Source: Daphnia carinata
Taxonomy: Eukaryota
NCBI RefSeq assembly: GCF_022539665.2
Contig: NC_081333.1
Coordinates: 12,648,001-12,712,000 of the forward strand
Direction of reading: 5' to 3'
Length of the DNA: 64,000 nucleotides
In this document: positions 59,570 to 64,000 of the stretch, in pieces
Layout of the letters: each line of letters begins with the position of its first letter
How positions within the stretch are numbered: position 1 is the first letter of the stretch
Notes under the pieces: generated by a model
Database searches by the model: none
Told to the model about the DNA's origin: nothing
What the model saw: only the letters and a program-made list of their open reading frames with translations
Made by a program: the position numbers and the translations under genes

Positions 59570-60458
59570 CGTTCTCGAGGGAAGCGTTCACACTCAGTGT
59601 GAACCCGTATCACACTTCCATACTTTTTCTCAATTGCCACAAGTACCGTTATTGTATTTGTTGGATAGAAAGGAATAAACTTTCGACCTAATCTGACATT
59701 TGTCGGGTAACTCCGCTTTTCTTGTACAGCTGATTGGACGTGTCAAATCTCGCGATCGTCATGACAACAATTTTTTTCGTCTGCTTCTTGGATTGTATAC
59801 TACTTGCATGTTAAATTGTTTTTAGCCATTTCGGTTCTATATAAAACTACGGCCAGTAGTGGAGTGCTAATCATTAACTTGCAATCCAAAACTCAAAACA
59901 GAAAACCTTGATAAGCTAACAAATTTCATGGTATTAAAACCATAGAAAAAGATAGATTGGTCGTCCCTAACTCCCTATGCACGTACTTTTGTTTACTGTC
60001 CTCTAGCGATTGAAAATTGAAACCGCAGCTTTCGGTCGCGTCAGAAAAACAGACATGCGAATGTTTGGATATCTTCGCTGTAGTTGAGGAGTTAACCAAA
60101 AGCCATCCTAGGGTGCTCCATTTAAAATATATTCACATAAGAGAAAAGTGAATTGCCGGCCAATTGTAATAAAGTGGAACAAGCCAGAGCAATTGTTGAC
60201 CCAGCTGCAATTGAAAATAGAGCGTCGAGTAATATTTTTTTTCCGTCTGCTGATGTGTCTACTCAGTCTGCTTTGAGTGTTTGCTTACGTGAAATGAGAG
60301 ATACGCCGGAACGTAGTTGCTTTTATAACCGGTACAGTCTGTGGACTCCAGAATTTCGCTTGCCTCTAAGAATATAATGTAAGTCGTTGTCTGTCTTGAA
60401 GTTTTGCGTCAAGTCCTTTATTTTTCATACTCGAAGTATTGAAACACGGCTGCTTGTC
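59570..60458. promoter_or_regulatory. Divergent (head-to-head) promoter / 5'UTR region shared by CCDC186 and the HEXD-like gene
   Basis: The two start codons point away from each other, ~890 bp apart. The region contains CTGATTGG (59730-59737), TCTCGCGA (59748-59755), two T-run+CGTCTGCT motifs (59778-59785, 60244-60251) and an arthropod Inr TCAGTC (60263-60268). Confidence 0.6.
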
Positions 60459-62337
60459 ATGGCCGTTCTAGTCAAACTATGTACGCAGTGCAGTGCCAAA
60501 CGTTTCTTATGGCTCGTGACAATACTCTTTGTATTACTTACTTTGTGTTGGTACATGAAAAGTCCGCTTTCAACTGAGATGAATCAACACAAAATTGATT
60601 GCTCACAAACTTCTAGCTCTGAAGCTGCCAAAAGAATGGAGGATGGTGACATGGAAACAGAACAGACAAGCAGTTATGAACCCCTGTTCAAGAGCAAGAT
60701 AGTTCACATTGATTTGAAGGGATCACCGCCTAAGCCAACATATTTTGCAGATCTGTTTCCATTACTAGCCAAACTTGGGGCCACTGGCATTTTGATTGAA
60801 TATGAAGATATGTTTCCGTACACTGGCACCTCTCTTGAAAACACCCCTGCTCGTAATGCATATACCCCATCAATGGTCTTGAAAATCAATCAGCTGGCAA
60901 AGGAAAACCATTTGGAAGTAATCCCACTTATTCAAACTTTTGGACATCTAGAGTTCCTCCTAAAACTTCCAGAACATATGCACCTACGAGAAGTACCAGA
61001 GCAGCCTCAGGTGTGTGTATATCCTGGCAACAAGTAGTTTTCGTTTCAAAACAATTTCTTTACCACATTAAAACCTTGTATACAGGCCATATGTCCAACT
61101 CACAAGGAGACACTGCCTTTGCTGTTCCACATGCTACAGCAAGTTGCCAAATTACACCCGGAATCGAAGAGGATTCACATCGGAGCGGATGAAGTTTACT
61201 TTATTGGCCGATGTACTGCTTGCCAGGATCGTATGAATAACAGGCTGTGGTCGACTTCAGATCTCTTTATTGATCATGTCACTGCAGTTGCAAAATTCGT
61301 TAACGACAAACTAGGTATGCGACCCATGATGTGGGACGACGAATTTCGTTCCTTCACCGAACCTCAATTGGTTCAGTCTGGCATTGGTAGCTTAGTGGAT
61401 CTCGTTGTTTGGAACTACAAACCAGCACTCGAACTAGATCGCGATATCTGGGCCAAGTATTTGAAGGTTTTTGATGCCATTTGGGCAGCTAGTGCATTTA
61501 AAGGTGCCACTGGTTCAAACCAGCAAATCACCAGTGTTCGGTACCACGTAGAGAACCACCGCGCATGGCTACGTCTGATCGAGGAATATCGAGACACTCC
61601 CTATCTAAGAAAATTCAAAGGCATCATGCTTACCGGCTGGTCTCGGTAAGCCAATATAGTTATTGTCATCAAATTTCGTTCTAGGATAACTCGATCGTCA
61701 ACATTGTCCACCTTGAAGGTACGATCACTTTGCAGTCACGTGCGAACTACTGCCAGCAGCATTTCCTTCGCTCGCCGTGGATTTACTTTTGCTTCAGTAC
61801 GGCGAGAATCATGTGCATTTGGCAGACCAAGAAGCTGTTCAGTATTTAGGATGCACGGGAAGTTTTATTTTCCAACAGGCGCAAGATACCTACTACCCTA
61901 GCTGCAATTTCCCCGGTTGGGAAGTATATAGCGTGATACAAAACTACGGCCAGGTACTGCAATTCACGAACATCTGAATGCCGTGATATACATAGATTCT
62001 CATTGATTTATTGTTTGTTTTCTAGACAATGGAACAGTACGCTAAAGTGCTCAACGACTCTGTTGTACGCGGTTGGTTGACCGATTATAACTTGGCCAAG
62101 CAATTTTCCAGCCCTACCCACCTGTCTGGTATCGGCACTGAGCTCAGCTATCTACAAAACAGTTTCGATGCATTGAAACGTGAATCAGAGATCGCCTTCC
62201 CGGCTGTTTACGACACGAATACCACCAAAGAGTGGTTCGAATCACACGTCAAACCCATGGCCGACAAAGTGGGTGAGCTCCTTATGGCCATTGAGGTTCT
62301 ACGCTCCAAAAATGTCTGGCCGAGAAGACCTATTTAG
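60459..62337 (+). CDS. HEXD: Hexosaminidase D-like (glycoside hydrolase family 20) beta-N-acetylhexosaminidase, 4 coding exons, ~552 aa
   Basis: Exons 60459-61010, 61086-61645, 61719-61953 and 62026-62337, with GT-AG introns of 72-75 nt and consistent phases. HEXD/HEXDC-type motifs: VHIDLKGSPP, GATGILIEYEDMFPY, IPLIQTFGHLEF, catalytic HIGADEV (61176-61196), MWDD, WAASAFKGA, LTGWSRYDHF..CELLP. Confidence 0.92.
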
Positions 62338-64000
62338 AAACAAATTTAAACAGCGCCAGTCATACGTATTGTGAGAAGAATACGATCGGCTGGTTAACTA
62401 TTTTAATATCTCGTACTACGTTTGCTCCTTATTACTTTGTGTATCCTTTTATATTTGTACTATATGTATTACTCCAAGTATTCTTATTCTTCAACGTCCA
62501 AACTTGATATATAACGATTTCGGTATTGATTCCATTTTTTGGATGTTTTTTAATTTGCTATTCAATTACACTTGTCAATCTACTTATCTCATTCTGTACC
62601 GCTAGCGGGGATAATGCCATCGCGTGTTGCTTTAATCGGTTTTTGACATCCTTTTCTCCTTACTCTTAGCTTGTCGACTCGAGCAAAGGGATGGGCCTAG
62701 TACATAGACGTGTGCGAGTGTGATGGCTTGATTACGAGCCGATCCATTAATCAATCCAAAGAAAGGGCGGGGCCGCTCCTTTTTTGAAACTAAGAATAAA
62801 CAAAAAAAAAAAAATGTCCAGAACAAAGAAGAAGGTAACAGTAAAAAAGAAAATAATCATTTTGTGTGGATGGAACGAAGACTCCGCAGACGATTTGCTT
62901 CGGCTATTCGCCTCCTATTTGTTGGCCAATTAAACCTAGGAATGGAAAGGGGGGATTGTGGAGATAGAAATGGTCCATGTGTGTGTTTGTCCGAATGGGA
63001 ATGTGGGTTCCTTTGAATGAATTCTAGAAAGAGCCCATGCTGGATGACCTGACCTTCTGAGCGCTGCCCATTATCAGACTGATGCCAGTACATCGTTTTT
63101 GGCTAGACGAAGGCTGCCGTAAAAGTCAGACCGATTACGACTGGAACAATTGAACGATTGGTCCAAGAGAGGGGTGAAGCGGACGATCAACGGATTGCGA
63201 AAGGGGCACCCCACTCGCATTTGCATTTGAAAAGAAAAAACTCCATTGCGTACAGCCCTGGGTAGCAGCGGCAGCTGCCGCGTGTTCCCTAGAATTAAAA
63301 AAAAAAAGGAACTTGCGGTGTGTGATATGCACGTGTGTGTATGCTTCCTTGTGATAAGCTAAATAAAAATACAATATTGAAACCCCCTCGGCTGTGATTT
63401 TTTTTCGTTAGAGAATTGGCCTTAGTTTGACACCCTTCACACTCCCGCACAACTCTAATGTTGGGCTCGTTCTCATTCTTCTTCGACGTGGATTCATCAT
63501 TGATTCCTGTACTCAACACAACAACGCGACGCTACACACACTAGGTCTAACGTATACAAACATACAGACCTTTAGGCCTAGGGACTATAAGCCGACTATA
63601 ATCCAATCAATCGATAGTTGAACAAACACCTTTTGAAAAAAATCTTATAGAAGAGGGCAGGAGAAGAAGCGTGCCGCCATAATACGCTCTGGAAAACGGC
63701 TCAATTAGTCGATGCAAATAGGCCGTGTATTTATTCAGAATTTTTTTTTTTTTTCGTATTACTATTCCGAATGTGGTGTTGGAAGGATTCATCCTTTTGC
63801 TCTGTTTGAACTTGTATTCGCTTCAGCACCACCGTCCCCGAGGAGGAGCGAGGGAAATTCAAACACGATACACGCACGGAGATGAATGTATCGCGGCTTG
63901 TTGTTACCGCCGCTGATGTTGCTACAATTTTCTAGTCGGTCGGACACGACTTTTTCATGGTACACTTCAATGGAGACGAGATCAATTGTACAAGGAAAGA

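Noticed and set aside
62400..64000. Possible further gene at the right edge
   Set aside because: Short ORFs only; I could not build a consistent exon chain or recognise a protein motif.

Overview
AT-rich animal genomic DNA with abundant homopolymer tracts and microsatellites. Very short introns (60-77 nt) and the protein similarities suggest an arthropod, plausibly a cladoceran crustacean such as Daphnia (inference). I reconstructed three protein-coding genes exon by exon. (1) A two-exon Msx/msh (Drop) NK-class homeobox gene (+, 21818-24217, ~529 aa), alone in a non-coding desert of >=21 kb upstream and ~32 kb downstream. (2) A 13-exon CCDC186/Golgin-104 coiled-coil gene (-, 56421-59569, ~732 aa). 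(3) A 4-exon GH20 hexosaminidase-D-like gene (+, 60459-62337, ~552 aa), head-to-head with CCDC186. Most other ORFs in the track look like low-complexity artefacts. The best second-look items are a 21-nt frame-preserving microexon in CCDC186 with neural-microexon (Srrm234/eMIC-type) signals, a CCDC186 intron flanked by a 9-bp direct repeat, an orphan CCAAT+TATA+splice-donor module in the Msx desert, clustered Pumilio elements in the Msx 3'UTR, a type II membrane anchor on the HEXD-like enzyme, and a structured repeat relic at ~42 kb. The sequence alone does not demonstrate a wholly new multi-gene system.
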